NCBI GenBank assembly: GCA_036378835.1
Contig: DASUVS010000010.1
Coordinates: 1,308 to 65,307, forward strand
From: Candidatus Binatia bacterium
GTDB taxonomy: Bacteria > Desulfobacterota > Binatia > UBA9968
Direction of reading: 5' to 3'
DNA length: 64,000 bases
Shown here one piece after another: positions 36,056-45,459 of this stretch. Positions within the stretch are counted from its first letter, which is position 1. The number at the start of each line of letters is the position of its first letter. Both the position numbers and the translations under genes were made by a program. Under the pieces are notes generated by a model. The model saw only the letters and a list, made by a program, of their open reading frames with translations. It searched no databases and was not told the origin of the DNA.

Positions 36056-37864
36056 TCAAGAAGATTCTGACGCAGGCACTTGTAATTCTTCGGCGCCGCA
36101 CGAGTAAATCGCCTCGATCTCGGCACGGTATCTCTCCCCGACGGCTTGCCGATCTATCTTGATCTTTTGTAATGCCGTAATGCTGCGCAGCTGCTTGGGA
36201 AAGTCGTTCGGAATGACCGCGATCTTTCGAATCTGCTCGTAACGATCCAGTTTAGTATTGATCAAGTCCACGCGCTGCCGTAGCGCCCCTTCGAGATCGC
36301 TATCGCTCAATGTCGTTTCCATTCGATTCAGGGCAGCCGCTATGTTGGGCCGCTCGGGTACGATCAGAGCAGCGATAAAAGGTCGATGGTCGCCCACTAG
36401 GATCGCCTGCCGAACGAACGAGTCATCTTCCAGCAGCGCCTCGATAGTCCCGGGATTGATATTCGAGCCGTCAGCACAATTAAAAACATCCTTCTTCCTG
36501 CCGATAATAAACAGAGACCCGTCATTATCGATTTTTCCCAAATCACCCGTGCGAAACCAGCCATCCGCATCGAAAGCTTCACACGTCGCTTGCGGATCAT
36601 CGAAGTACCCGGGCATTACCGTGGGGCCGCGGACCAGAAGTTCGCCGTCATCTGCCAAGCGCAGCTCGACGTTGGGAAACGGTGTGCCTAGACTCCCTGG
36701 TTTGACGTTGCCGACGCCGCACAGAGTCACGCCACCGCACTCAGTGGAGCCATACGAACCGATTAGAGGCACTCCGATCAGATCGAAGAACCGCAGGATG
36801 CGTGGCGGCATCGCCGCCCCGCCGTAGGTGATATACTTCACCCTCCCGCCTAAAGCCTGTTGGGCGGCCTGTCGCAGGTTTGTTCTCGTCGCTGCAATCT
36901 CACCAACAGCATGATCGTCGGAGCCCATCAGCCGGTCGTCTCGATCGAGTTTTTCGATGCGCTCCCACAACTCACGAATGACTCCCCTATCTAGAATAGC
37001 GTTCCACAGCCGTTCCATGACTCTTGGAACGACTGACATCGCGGTCGGCCTCAAACCTTGAATAACCGCTAAATCTAGATTCTGTTCCGGAGCCTCCATG
37101 ATTGCAGTGGTTCGACCGGTAACCGCGCTCTTGAGAAAACCGAAACGGCCGAAGAGATGATTGAGACTCAGGACGATAATCGTCAGTTCTTCAGCCTTGC
37201 TTAAGGGAATCTCGCCGCGGCTGGCGAAATTTGCAAGCAGGTTATTGTGAGTTCGCATCACGCCTTTCGGCTCACCGGTGGATCCCGAAGTGTACATGAT
37301 GGTCGCTAAATCGTTTGCCTGAACTGCTTGCAGCAGTCGATCCAATTCGCTGATGTGGCTGCGTCGGCCTCGCTCCAGCAGCTCGCCAAATGATATGCAG
37401 CCGCGCAGCTCTTCGGCGCTGCCGTCTAAAACGACAACAAGCGAAAGATTAGGCAATTGCGCTTTAATAGCGAGCAGCCTTGGGGCAGAAACAGCATCGA
37501 CAAAGATTGCGCGGCACCGAGAATGCGCCAGAATCTTCAACAAGGTAAGATCCGAAACGTTCGGCGAGATCACCACGTTCGGGAACCCTCCGGCCAACGT
37601 TGCCAGGTCCGCGCACAGCCAGGGCAAACTGTTGTCGCCCATAATCGCGACATTATCCCCTTTAGCCACCCGCAATTCGTGCAGACCCAATAAGGCGCTT
37701 TGAACCATCGCGCCGCAATCGCGCCATGACTTATCTTCGAAGCTGCCGCACCGTTGTATCTTTAGAAAGGTGCGGCAGCCAACCTCGCCAACCCGGCGAA
37801 AAAACAGTTGACCTAAGCTCGACCAAGAGTTCTGCGCAACGGCTGATGCCGAAAATAAACTCAT
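36056..37864 (-). CDS. AMP-dependent synthetase/ligase (long-chain acyl-CoA-synthetase-like)
   Basis: YTSGSTGEPKGV AMP-binding motif; 602 aa. ATGA overlap with the upstream lyase gene. Confidence 0.88.
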   Translation of the reverse strand: MSLFSASAVAQNSWSSLGQLFFRRVGEVGCRTFLKIQRCGSFEDKSWRDCGAMVQSALLGLHELRVAKGDNVAIMGDNSLPWLCADLATLAGGFPNVVISPNVSDLTLLKILAHSRCRAIFVDAVSAPRLLAIKAQLPNLSLVVVLDGSAEELRGCISFGELLERGRRSHISELDRLLQAVQANDLATIMYTSGSTGEPKGVMRTHNNLLANFASRGEIPLSKAEELTIIVLSLNHLFGRFGFLKSAVTGRTTAIMEAPEQNLDLAVIQGLRPTAMSVVPRVMERLWNAILDRGVIRELWERIEKLDRDDRLMGSDDHAVGEIAATRTNLRQAAQQALGGRVKYITYGGAAMPPRILRFFDLIGVPLIGSYGSTECGGVTLCGVGNVKPGSLGTPFPNVELRLADDGELLVRGPTVMPGYFDDPQATCEAFDADGWFRTGDLGKIDNDGSLFIIGRKKDVFNCADGSNINPGTIEALLEDDSFVRQAILVGDHRPFIAALIVPERPNIAAALNRMETTLSDSDLEGALRQRVDLINTKLDRYEQIRKIAVIPNDFPKQLRSITALQKIKIDRQAVGERYRAEIEAIYSCGAEELQVPASESS

Positions 37865-39234
37865 AACGGCTCGAAGTGATAAGGCTGGTATTTGGATCTT
37901 TGAGGAGCTTCGATCCGCTTCAATCCTCTAATTTCGTGACGGTGGGCGTACGCATACAATACGGCTTCGGCAACATCGTCGATATGCCCCTGTACATACT
38001 TGCGCGCCGGCACCGCTAGCCGAAGCAGCTCGATGCCGCGCGCCGTCTGGGCGGGCGCCGGCGGTGCGCCTTTGGTCACTCGAACGCCAGAGATATAGTA
38101 GAGAAATGCGGCTAAGGCTTCGGCGCGATGATTCTCGGGAGCGACATGCGGCAGAAACGCAGCGAGGTCGATATACACAGCGTGACCGGCGGGCGGATGC
38201 ACCAGGGGAATTCTCTCCCTGAGCCTGCGCCAAAGGTAGTTAACCTGCTCCACCCGGCTGGTTACATATGCATCTGCGGCGAAGATCTCTTCCAGTGCCG
38301 TGCCGATCATTTGCATTGCGCTTGCCGGCGGTTGCGCGCCGTCGAGAAAACTCTGCAGGGTCGCCTTCTGAAAGCTAACCGGATCGCGGCTGCCGATCAT
38401 ACCGCCCATGGGAACCAACAAATCCTTCATGGCGCTCATGGTACAACCGTCTGCCGAGTCGCACGTCTCCAAAACAATTTCGCGAATGGAGCGATCGTGA
38501 TATCCGGCCTCGCGTTGTCGGACAAGATAGCTATTCTCGAGGATACGGCAGGCATCGAGAAATAGCGGCACGCCGTTGGCTGCGGCCATTGCCTTAACCT
38601 TCTTGAGATTGCCGAGAGAGACCGGATGGCCGCCGCACGCGTTGACGCTGAGCTCGATATAGATGCAGCTGACCTGTTGCGGGCCGTGCTCACGGAAAAC
38701 CGCGTCAAGTTTTTCGATGTCGAGATCGCCTTTGAAGGGGTCTTCTGATTGGAGATTATGGGCGCCATCGCCGATGACATCGATCACCCTGCCGCCGTTG
38801 GACTCGATATGCATTCGCGTCGAGGGAAACAGCAGATTGCCGGGAACAACAGTACCCGGCTTAACATGAAGTTTTGCCCATATGCGCTCAGCGGCGCGTC
38901 CCTGGGTGGTCGGAACTAAGTAGGGAAATCCGAAGAACTTGCGGTACTGCATCGACAGAGAAGCAAAGGCTCGACTCGCTTCAGTCGCCATGCCCATTGC
39001 CGGTTCCAACGCCTCGCTGCCGTTTCCAGCTGCAATTTGGGCCGTGCTCAGCGCGCTCACACCGCTATCGGTGCAGAGATCGACATAGATTGCATCTTCC
39101 GGCAGCAGCTCACAATTAGAGCCGCAGGCTTTGAGCGCGCGCTCACGCTCCTGCAGGCTGGTCTGGCGCAAATGACGAACCGAAGCGATCTCGTATGGGA
39201 CCGAGAACGCAACGCCGACCGCTCGTTCACTCAT
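37861..39234 (-). CDS. Beta-eliminating lyase family PLP enzyme (tryptophanase / tyrosine phenol-lyase-like)
   Basis: 457 aa. DGCTMSAMKDLLVPMGG matches the PLP-lysine region of TnaA/TPL. Confidence 0.82.
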   Translation of the reverse strand: MSERAVGVAFSVPYEIASVRHLRQTSLQERERALKACGSNCELLPEDAIYVDLCTDSGVSALSTAQIAAGNGSEALEPAMGMATEASRAFASLSMQYRKFFGFPYLVPTTQGRAAERIWAKLHVKPGTVVPGNLLFPSTRMHIESNGGRVIDVIGDGAHNLQSEDPFKGDLDIEKLDAVFREHGPQQVSCIYIELSVNACGGHPVSLGNLKKVKAMAAANGVPLFLDACRILENSYLVRQREAGYHDRSIREIVLETCDSADGCTMSAMKDLLVPMGGMIGSRDPVSFQKATLQSFLDGAQPPASAMQMIGTALEEIFAADAYVTSRVEQVNYLWRRLRERIPLVHPPAGHAVYIDLAAFLPHVAPENHRAEALAAFLYYISGVRVTKGAPPAPAQTARGIELLRLAVPARKYVQGHIDDVAEAVLYAYAHRHEIRGLKRIEAPQRSKYQPYHFEPL

Positions 39235-39276
39235 TTATAGGAAACTCCGTTGTTCCGCCGGTAAATCGTCGACGAT

Positions 39277-40122
39277 TCAGCGGGGGAGTTTTTGCTCGAC
39301 TGGTTCATCTTCCGGTTCCTGTTCGAGCACCGGCTTAATCCGCTGGTGGTCACTTGCCGACAGGATGTTCAGCGCCCGATGAACCATCTTTCGTTCGGTG
39401 GCAAACTTTAAATTTTTGATCACCTGGTCCATGGGAAACCAACGCGCCTCATCAACTTCGTGATCATGATCGCGAACGTCGCCCTTCAAGTAGCGCAGCA
39501 GAAAAAAATGAACTCGTTTATAAATGCGGATCGGCTCGCCTTCTTTGGTTTTGTCACGGTAGGCGTAGCGGATATCGCCGAGTTTTTTTACCAGGCGCCC
39601 TTCCAACCCAGTCTCTTCTCGCACTTCGCGCAAGGCGGTCTCTTCGATGCGCTCGCCTTCTTCAACGTGACCTTTGGGCAAGCCCCAACGATTGCGCACG
39701 TGGATCAATGCAATCTGAATTCCATCACTGTGCTTGCGATACATGACGCCGCCGGCCGATACCTCGCGAACTGTTCGTATGCCATCGCTGCGGGGCCGCG
39801 TCCCAGGGGTAAGCTCCTCCTTGAGCCATTTAAGATAGCCGCTGCTGCCTTCGATTACCGGCAGCGCGATCACTTCCGGAACCGAGTAACTGTGGAGTTC
39901 TCGAACGCGTTTCTCCAGGACGGCGAAGCGGTCCCGGCTCGTTTTGATAATCAGGAGCTCTTCTTCGCTGTCTTCTACTTTTCCCTGCCATCGATAAACC
40001 GACTGCACCGACTTGATCCGATTGACACAAGCGGCAAGCCGCTCGTCAACCAGCGAACGCGCCAGCCGATCCGCCTCTTCGGGCGATCCAGCCGTCACAT
40101 AAACAACGATGAGCTCTGGCAT
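39277..40122 (-). CDS. CutA1-NUDIX hydrolase fusion protein
   Basis: N-terminal CutA (VVYVTAGSPEEADRLARSLVDERLAACVN...YRWQGKV). C-terminal Nudix box (GLPKGHVEEGERIEETALREVREETG). Confidence 0.85.
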   Translation of the reverse strand: MPELIVVYVTAGSPEEADRLARSLVDERLAACVNRIKSVQSVYRWQGKVEDSEEELLIIKTSRDRFAVLEKRVRELHSYSVPEVIALPVIEGSSGYLKWLKEELTPGTRPRSDGIRTVREVSAGGVMYRKHSDGIQIALIHVRNRWGLPKGHVEEGERIEETALREVREETGLEGRLVKKLGDIRYAYRDKTKEGEPIRIYKRVHFFLLRYLKGDVRDHDHEVDEARWFPMDQVIKNLKFATERKMVHRALNILSASDHQRIKPVLEQEPEDEPVEQKLPR

Positions 40123-40255
40123 TACTATCTACCTTACAACCGCCTTTCACACCCAGTCAATCCGCTCGTCCGCGCCGTTGTAGCGGCACGATTCGCAGCC
40201 CGGCGGGGTGGCCATTCTATGCTCTTGTCATCTGTCGCAGGCGGATTAATTTAAT

Positions 40256-40987
40256 ATGATGCAATCGAAAGAGGAGATCCGTCAGAAAGTTTGGTCCGTC
40301 ATGCAGCGTGAAAAAGTGGCGCGCTTTCCCGGCGCGCAAGGAAGAATACCCAACTTTGCCGGCGCCGAAGCTTGCGCGCCCCTGCTCGCGGAAAAATCCT
40401 ATTGGAAGCGCGCCAAAGCGTTGAAAGCCAATCCGGACTCACCGCAAAGAGCGATTCGGCACAAAGCTCTTACCGAAGGCAAAATCGTCTATATGGCGGT
40501 GCCGCGCCTGCGCCATGAGAAACCATTTGTCGAGCTCGATCCAGGGAAACTTGATTGTTCCCCTTACGTTGCCTCCTCGATTCAGGGTGCGGCCAAATTC
40601 GGCAGATTGGTCGGCGTTAATCAAATGAAAAAGATCGACCTGATCATCTGCGGCTCGGTTGCCGTCAATTGCCAGGGCGCTCGAGTCGGTAAAGGCGGCG
40701 GCTATTCGGACTTGGAATTCGCCTTGTTGACGGAGAACAAAAAGGTTTCCGCAAAGACGCCGATCGTCACTTCGGTTCATGCGTTACAGATCCTCGACGA
40801 AGACCTGCCGATGATCGAGCACGATATCCCGCTCAGCGCCATCGTCACGCCAGGCACTATCATCGAAATTGATCCGGCTTTTCCACGGCCCGAAGGCATT
40901 TATTGGCGAATGCTGCCACCAGAGAAGATCCAGGCTATTCCGATTCTCAAAGTTGCTGCGGCGACTCGCGATGCGGCTACCGCGTGA
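40256..40987 (+). CDS. 5-formyltetrahydrofolate cyclo-ligase family protein
   Basis: 243 aa. 5-FCL-like pattern (IRQKVW...RIPNFAGAE...VGKGGGYSDLE). Confidence 0.8.
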   Translation: MMQSKEEIRQKVWSVMQREKVARFPGAQGRIPNFAGAEACAPLLAEKSYWKRAKALKANPDSPQRAIRHKALTEGKIVYMAVPRLRHEKPFVELDPGKLDCSPYVASSIQGAAKFGRLVGVNQMKKIDLIICGSVAVNCQGARVGKGGGYSDLEFALLTENKKVSAKTPIVTSVHALQILDEDLPMIEHDIPLSAIVTPGTIIEIDPAFPRPEGIYWRMLPPEKIQAIPILKVAAATRDAATA

Positions 40988-41045
40988 TGTCTCATTTGAA
41001 GTCCGGCGGGGCCTATGTTAACTCAATGAATTCGAGGAAAAATCG

Positions 41046-41429
41046 ATGCAAAGGATAGATTTCGCCAAAGGCGATGGGCTGGTCCCCGTGATCGTGCAGG
41101 ATTATGAATCGCGCGACGTGTTGATGGTTGCTTATATGAATGAAGAAGCTTGGGAGCAAACGCAAAAGACGGGGAAAGCGCACTATTACAGCCGTTCCCG
41201 TAAAGGGCTCTGGTTCAAAGGCGAGCAGTCGGGCAACTTCCAAGTAGTAAAAAACGCCTTCATCGACTGCGACAACGATACGATTTTGCTGCAGGTCAAT
41301 CAGATCGGCGGCGCTGCCTGCCACGAAGGATTCCGCAGCTGCTTCTTTCGCCAGCGCTCCGGCGGCGAGTGGGAAGTTTGCGCCGAACGGGTTTTTGATC
41401 CGAAAGAGGTTTACAAAAAATCAGTATGA
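41046..41429 (+). CDS. hisI: Phosphoribosyl-AMP cyclohydrolase
   Basis: [22 protein letters not shown]...SRSR..LW.KGE.SGN. GAGGAAA as Shine-Dalgarno sequence. Confidence 0.95.
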   Translation: MQRIDFAKGDGLVPVIVQDYESRDVLMVAYMNEEAWEQTQKTGKAHYYSRSRKGLWFKGEQSGNFQVVKNAFIDCDNDTILLQVNQIGGAACHEGFRSCFFRQRSGGEWEVCAERVFDPKEVYKKSV

Positions 41430-41466
41430 GCACGGTGCAACTGTTCATTACAGAGGTCCGACGCTG

Positions 41467-42366
41467 ATGAAGGCCGGCAAAGAATTGAAGCTGGGCATTC
41501 CGAAGGGGAGCCTCGAGGAAATGACCATCGCGCTCTTCAGAAAATCCGGCTGGAAGATTTCGACGACGAGCCGCAGTTATTTTCCTTCCATCGATGATGA
41601 TACTCTGCGCTGCAGCCTAGCGCGTCCCCAGGAAATGTCACGTTATGTCGAGTCCGGGACTCTGGATGTCGCCATTACCGGCAGAGATTGGGTCATGGAG
41701 AACGGTTCCGACGTTCAGCTCGTCTGCGAGATGGTTTATTCGAAGACCAGCTTTCGTCCGACCCGCTGGGTGTTAGCCGTGCCGCAGGATTCGCCGATCC
41801 AAAAGATAGAAGAGCTCGGCGGTAAACGGATCTCTACTGAAATCGTGAACTATACCAAGCGCTATTTTGCCGAAAGAGAAATCCCTGTCGAAGTCGAGTT
41901 CTCCTGGGGCGCCACCGAGGCCAAGGCTGCCGAAGGTTTAGTCGACGCCATTGTTGAAGTGACCGAAACCGGCAGCACGATCCGCGCCCACGGGCTCAAG
42001 ATTATCCATGAGCTAATGGAGTCCTGTCCTCAACTGATCGCCAATCGGGAGGCATGGCAGGACTCGTGGAAAAGAGAGAAGATCGAGCAAATCAAAATGT
42101 TACTGCTGGGCGCATTGTCCGCGGAAAACAAAGTTGGTATTAAGCTCAACGTGCCGGAAACCTACCTGGAAAAAGTGGTCGAGCTGATCCCGAGCATCAC
42201 TGCTCCGACAGTGGCCAACCTGCACCCATCGCCCAATCTCAAGGGCGTAAAGTGGTATTCGGTGGAAAGCGTCCTCGAAGAATCGAAGGTGCGCGATCTG
42301 ATTCCTAAGCTCATTCAGAACGGCGCTGTGGGCATTATCGAATACCCGCTGAATAAAATTATCTAG
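41467..42366 (+). CDS. hisG: ATP phosphoribosyltransferase (long form)
   Basis: [12 protein letters not shown]... plus a C-terminal regulatory domain. The ATG at 41467 is preferred over the track start at 41395, which overlaps hisI. Confidence 0.92.
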   Translation: MKAGKELKLGIPKGSLEEMTIALFRKSGWKISTTSRSYFPSIDDDTLRCSLARPQEMSRYVESGTLDVAITGRDWVMENGSDVQLVCEMVYSKTSFRPTRWVLAVPQDSPIQKIEELGGKRISTEIVNYTKRYFAEREIPVEVEFSWGATEAKAAEGLVDAIVEVTETGSTIRAHGLKIIHELMESCPQLIANREAWQDSWKREKIEQIKMLLLGALSAENKVGIKLNVPETYLEKVVELIPSITAPTVANLHPSPNLKGVKWYSVESVLEESKVRDLIPKLIQNGAVGIIEYPLNKII

Positions 42367-42404
42367 TCGCAAGACGTGACGCCAGGGAAAGGCGCGCCCG
42401 AGAT

Positions 42405-42430
42405 GTAGGGCGACCAGCAGGTCGCCCTAC
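42405..42430. terminator. Perfect 10-bp-stem hairpin between convergent hisG and the carboxyltransferase gene
   Basis: GTAGGGCGAC-cagcag-GTCGCCCTAC. It overlaps the TAG stop at 42427-42429. No U-tract on either side. Confidence 0.5.
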
Positions 42431-43794
42431 GCGCCTGTGGCCTGTTGCCTCTCTCCTGTCCCGTCCCGATGCAGAAAATACTCCTTGGCGATCTCGGGAA
42501 AGAGCGCATAGCTCAGCACGTCCTCTTCGCTCCGCGCCAGGCTGCCAGCTTCCTTGCGCGCCTGATCGAGCCCCGGCTTCAACAGGTCTGCCGGTCGGCA
42601 GCTGATGGGCTGCTTCTTTCGCAGGACTTGATTTTTCATCTCCTCGCTGATCTGCCCCGGCGGCTCGCCGTAAAGTCCCATCACATAGTTGCGCGTCTCC
42701 ATCGCAATAACTGAGTAGCGCTTGCCGGTCATCACGTTCAGCGCCGCCTGGGAGCCTACGATCTGACTGGTCGGAGTGACCAACGGCGGATAGCCGAGAT
42801 CCTTGCGCACGTGCGGCATTTCGGCTAGCACGGCATCGAGCTTATCTTCGGCTTTCTGCTGGCGCAACTGGGCAACCAGGTTGGAGAGCATGCCTCCTGG
42901 GATCTGCGATACCAGCACATCGGTCTTGATCTGATTGTTTACCGGGCTCTCGAATTCCGCGTAATTTTTGCGTACGCCGTAGAAATAATCGGCGATTTTC
43001 CAAAGCTTGGTCAAGTCCAGCCCGGTGTCGTAGGGAGTATCTCGAAGCGCCGCGACGAGTTGTTCGGTGGCAGGCTGAGAGGCACCCTGGGATAACGGCG
43101 CGATTGCAGTATCGAGGATGTCGGCCCCCGCTTCGATCGCCATCATGTAATTCATCGGCGACAGACCCGCCGTACAGTGAGAATGCAGATGCAGCGGCAG
43201 CGGAATGCGAGATTTGATCTTCTTGATGATTTCGTAAGCCGCATAAGGTGCGAGCATGCCGGCCATGTCTTTCACGCAGATAATCTGCACGCCCATGTCC
43301 GCCAGCTTCTCGGCAACACGCAGGAAATAGTCGGGAGAATGCACCGGGCTGATAGTATAGCAGACCGTCCCCTCGACTAATTTGCCGGTGTTGAGCGCTG
43401 CCTCGATAGCGGTCTTCATGTTGCGCACATCGTTCATCGCGTCGAAGATGCGAAACACATCGATGCCGTTGGTCGCCGCCCGGCCGACGAACGACTGCAC
43501 GATATCATCAGGGTAATTCTTGTAACCGACCACGTTCTGCCCGCGCAGCAGCATCTGAAAGCGCGTCTTCGGCATGGCGGCCCGAAGCCTGCGCAAACGC
43601 TCCCAGGGATCTTCCTTGAGAAACCTCAGCGTGGCGTCGAAGGTGGCGCCGCCCCAGGTCTCCAGGGACCAATAACCGATATCATCGAGCTGCGCGGCGA
43701 TCGGCAGCATGTCCTCCGTGCGCATGCGCGTAGCAAGCAGACACTGGTGCGCATCTCGCAGGACCGTTTCCATAAGTTCTATTTTCGCTGCCAT
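42427..43794 (-). CDS. Carboxyltransferase (OadA / PycB / transcarboxylase 5S-like) lacking a biotinyl domain
   Basis: MAAKIELMETVLRDAHQCL marks an HMGL-like TIM barrel. 455 aa from the ATG at 43794. No AMKM biotinylation motif anywhere. Confidence 0.85.
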   Translation of the reverse strand: MAAKIELMETVLRDAHQCLLATRMRTEDMLPIAAQLDDIGYWSLETWGGATFDATLRFLKEDPWERLRRLRAAMPKTRFQMLLRGQNVVGYKNYPDDIVQSFVGRAATNGIDVFRIFDAMNDVRNMKTAIEAALNTGKLVEGTVCYTISPVHSPDYFLRVAEKLADMGVQIICVKDMAGMLAPYAAYEIIKKIKSRIPLPLHLHSHCTAGLSPMNYMMAIEAGADILDTAIAPLSQGASQPATEQLVAALRDTPYDTGLDLTKLWKIADYFYGVRKNYAEFESPVNNQIKTDVLVSQIPGGMLSNLVAQLRQQKAEDKLDAVLAEMPHVRKDLGYPPLVTPTSQIVGSQAALNVMTGKRYSVIAMETRNYVMGLYGEPPGQISEEMKNQVLRKKQPISCRPADLLKPGLDQARKEAGSLARSEEDVLSYALFPEIAKEYFLHRDGTGERQQATGA

Positions 43795-43819
43795 AGGCTT
43801 CACTGATGAGGCGCTTGAG

Positions 43820-44371
43820 TTACTCGTACAACTCAGTTTGCTTTTCTTCGAGACGTTCTTTTTCAGCGTCATCGATGACATAGCCGCCATCGATTTTTCT
43901 AAGCTTGGTGATGTCATAAAAAAACTGGGAGACTTCCAAACCATCATCGAACTCGTACATTTTGATGGCGTCCCAAGGGCAGATTTTCTTGTCAAGCCGG
44001 TCTTCCGATTCCGTGCCGATCAGCTGAAGCTGAAAGCGTTTGGGTACAGCGTCAGGCGGCACCGGGTTACGGTTGCTGTCGTAAAAACGGCTGCCGTATT
44101 CATAGAAGATCTCGCCGGTCTCTTTGTGCTGCTGCACCTTGGTCAAATCGTCGCTATAACACATTTGACAGCCGATGCATTTGTCATTGTCGACCATGAC
44201 CCGATAAGGTTTGAGGCCGCCCTGGGGCAGCTCTTCATAAACCAGATTGATGCACTCATCGACCGGACAATGCGCCTCGCACAAAGGTGAACCCGCGCAA
44301 CTCGAGCAGTTCTCATCCATCACCGCAAGTAGTGCCGTGCCTTTGCGCTTTTTGGTTGCTTCAGCCGCCAT
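43820..44371 (-). CDS. 4Fe-4S dicluster ferredoxin-type protein with a long insertion
   Basis: CSSCAGSPLCEAHCP, then CIGCQMC followed by 59 residues before CPWDAI. The ATG at 44371 overlaps the TPR gene stop by 11 nt. Confidence 0.7.
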   Translation of the reverse strand: MAAEATKKRKGTALLAVMDENCSSCAGSPLCEAHCPVDECINLVYEELPQGGLKPYRVMVDNDKCIGCQMCYSDDLTKVQQHKETGEIFYEYGSRFYDSNRNPVPPDAVPKRFQLQLIGTESEDRLDKKICPWDAIKMYEFDDGLEVSQFFYDITKLRKIDGGYVIDDAEKERLEEKQTELYE

Positions 44372-45185
44372 GAGCTTCGACCCTCGCTTTCTTGAATCGA
44401 CCTTTGAAAAAGAATCCCAATGCAATCGCCAACAAAACCCACCAGTATCGAATCAGCCCGATGCGCCCCCACTCCAGCCAATAGACGAAATTAGGAGAGC
44501 GAGATATGAGCTGGCCTAAGACCTCTTGCGCCCCGGCATAATCCCTCACTTCGCGCAACGCCTGCGAAAGACCATAAAGCGCGCCGTCATCTTGCGGATT
44601 AATTTTAAGCGCCTGTTCGAAGTCCCGGCGCGCTTCGCTCCATCTATCCTGTTCGGCGAACGTCCAGCCCCGGTTGTTCAGAGCCGCGCTAAAATCCGGC
44701 TTTCGTTCCAACGCCTCATTGAAATTGTCGGCTGCGGCGGCAAGATCGCCTTTTCGTTTAAAAGCCACTCCAAGATTGTTGTACGCTTGGGGAAGATCGG
44801 GTTTTAGTTCGACGACCGTCTTGTACTCCGCAATCGCAGCATCGAAATCGCTACGAATTTCGGATTCGATCCAGGCCAGCAGTGTTCGCGCTTCAACATG
44901 ATCGGGGTCAAGAAGAATCGCCTTTCGCACCGACGCTTCGGCGGCTTGCGGGTCGCGGAGTCTCAGCAGCGTTATACCCAAAAAGAGATGAAGGTCAGCT
45001 TCCTGCGGATATCGCCTGAGTAAAGCCTCAAAAACCGCTTTGGCTTCTGCGGCTTTCCCCTCCGCCAGATAATTCCGCGCCTCCTCCCACTGCTTTTGCT
45101 TGACGAGAGGAGAAGTTGTTTCAGCAGCTAAAGATGAACCCACCCACGCGAGGACGGCCAACCCAACGAGCCAGCCTCTCAGCAT
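44361..45185 (-). CDS. TPR repeat protein with signal peptide and C-terminal TM anchor
   Basis: Signal-like MLRGWLVGLAVLAWVGSSLAA, at least 5 TPR units, C-terminal WWVLLAIALGFFF helix. Confidence 0.8.
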   Translation of the reverse strand: MLRGWLVGLAVLAWVGSSLAAETTSPLVKQKQWEEARNYLAEGKAAEAKAVFEALLRRYPQEADLHLFLGITLLRLRDPQAAEASVRKAILLDPDHVEARTLLAWIESEIRSDFDAAIAEYKTVVELKPDLPQAYNNLGVAFKRKGDLAAAADNFNEALERKPDFSAALNNRGWTFAEQDRWSEARRDFEQALKINPQDDGALYGLSQALREVRDYAGAQEVLGQLISRSPNFVYWLEWGRIGLIRYWWVLLAIALGFFFKGRFKKARVEAHGG

Positions 45186-45371
45186 CTACTTCCACATTTC
45201 ATTGGGGATTTGGTCTTCTTTACCCTGCTCGATGAGCTTATCGTTTTTAAAGGCCTCGCGCAGTCCGATCCAACTAAAAAAAATTACTAGGATCAGCATT
45301 CCGACAATTGGAATGTTATCCGGCTTGGTTACGATAGCGAGAAAATTCTGCAACCCGCTTGCTTCGTCCAT
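45186..45371 (-). CDS. Small single-TM protein (hypothetical, 61 aa)
   Basis: Its stop abuts the TPR gene start with a 0-nt gap. Central helix IPIVGMLILVIFFSWIGL. A promoter-like element lies upstream. Confidence 0.5.
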   Translation of the reverse strand: MDEASGLQNFLAIVTKPDNIPIVGMLILVIFFSWIGLREAFKNDKLIEQGKEDQIPNEMWK

Positions 45372-45406
45372 AAAAGTTAAACACCTGTAAAATAAAGATA
45401 ATTTAA

Positions 45407-45435
45407 AAGTTATGCGATATTGTTCCCAATGTCAA
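45407..45435 (-). promoter_or_regulatory. Candidate sigma70 promoter of the small-TM/TPR/ferredoxin/carboxyltransferase operon
   Basis: Minus strand reads TTGACA (45435-45430), 17 nt, TAACTT (45412-45407), in an AT-rich gap. Confidence 0.45.
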
Positions 45436-45459
45436 CGTCGCCACTGCGGCAATCCCGGT

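Noticed and set aside
39460-40254. 264-aa plus-strand ORF
   Set aside because: It is antisense to the CutA-NUDIX gene, with low-complexity Ala/Arg/Phe-rich translation. It is a shadow ORF.
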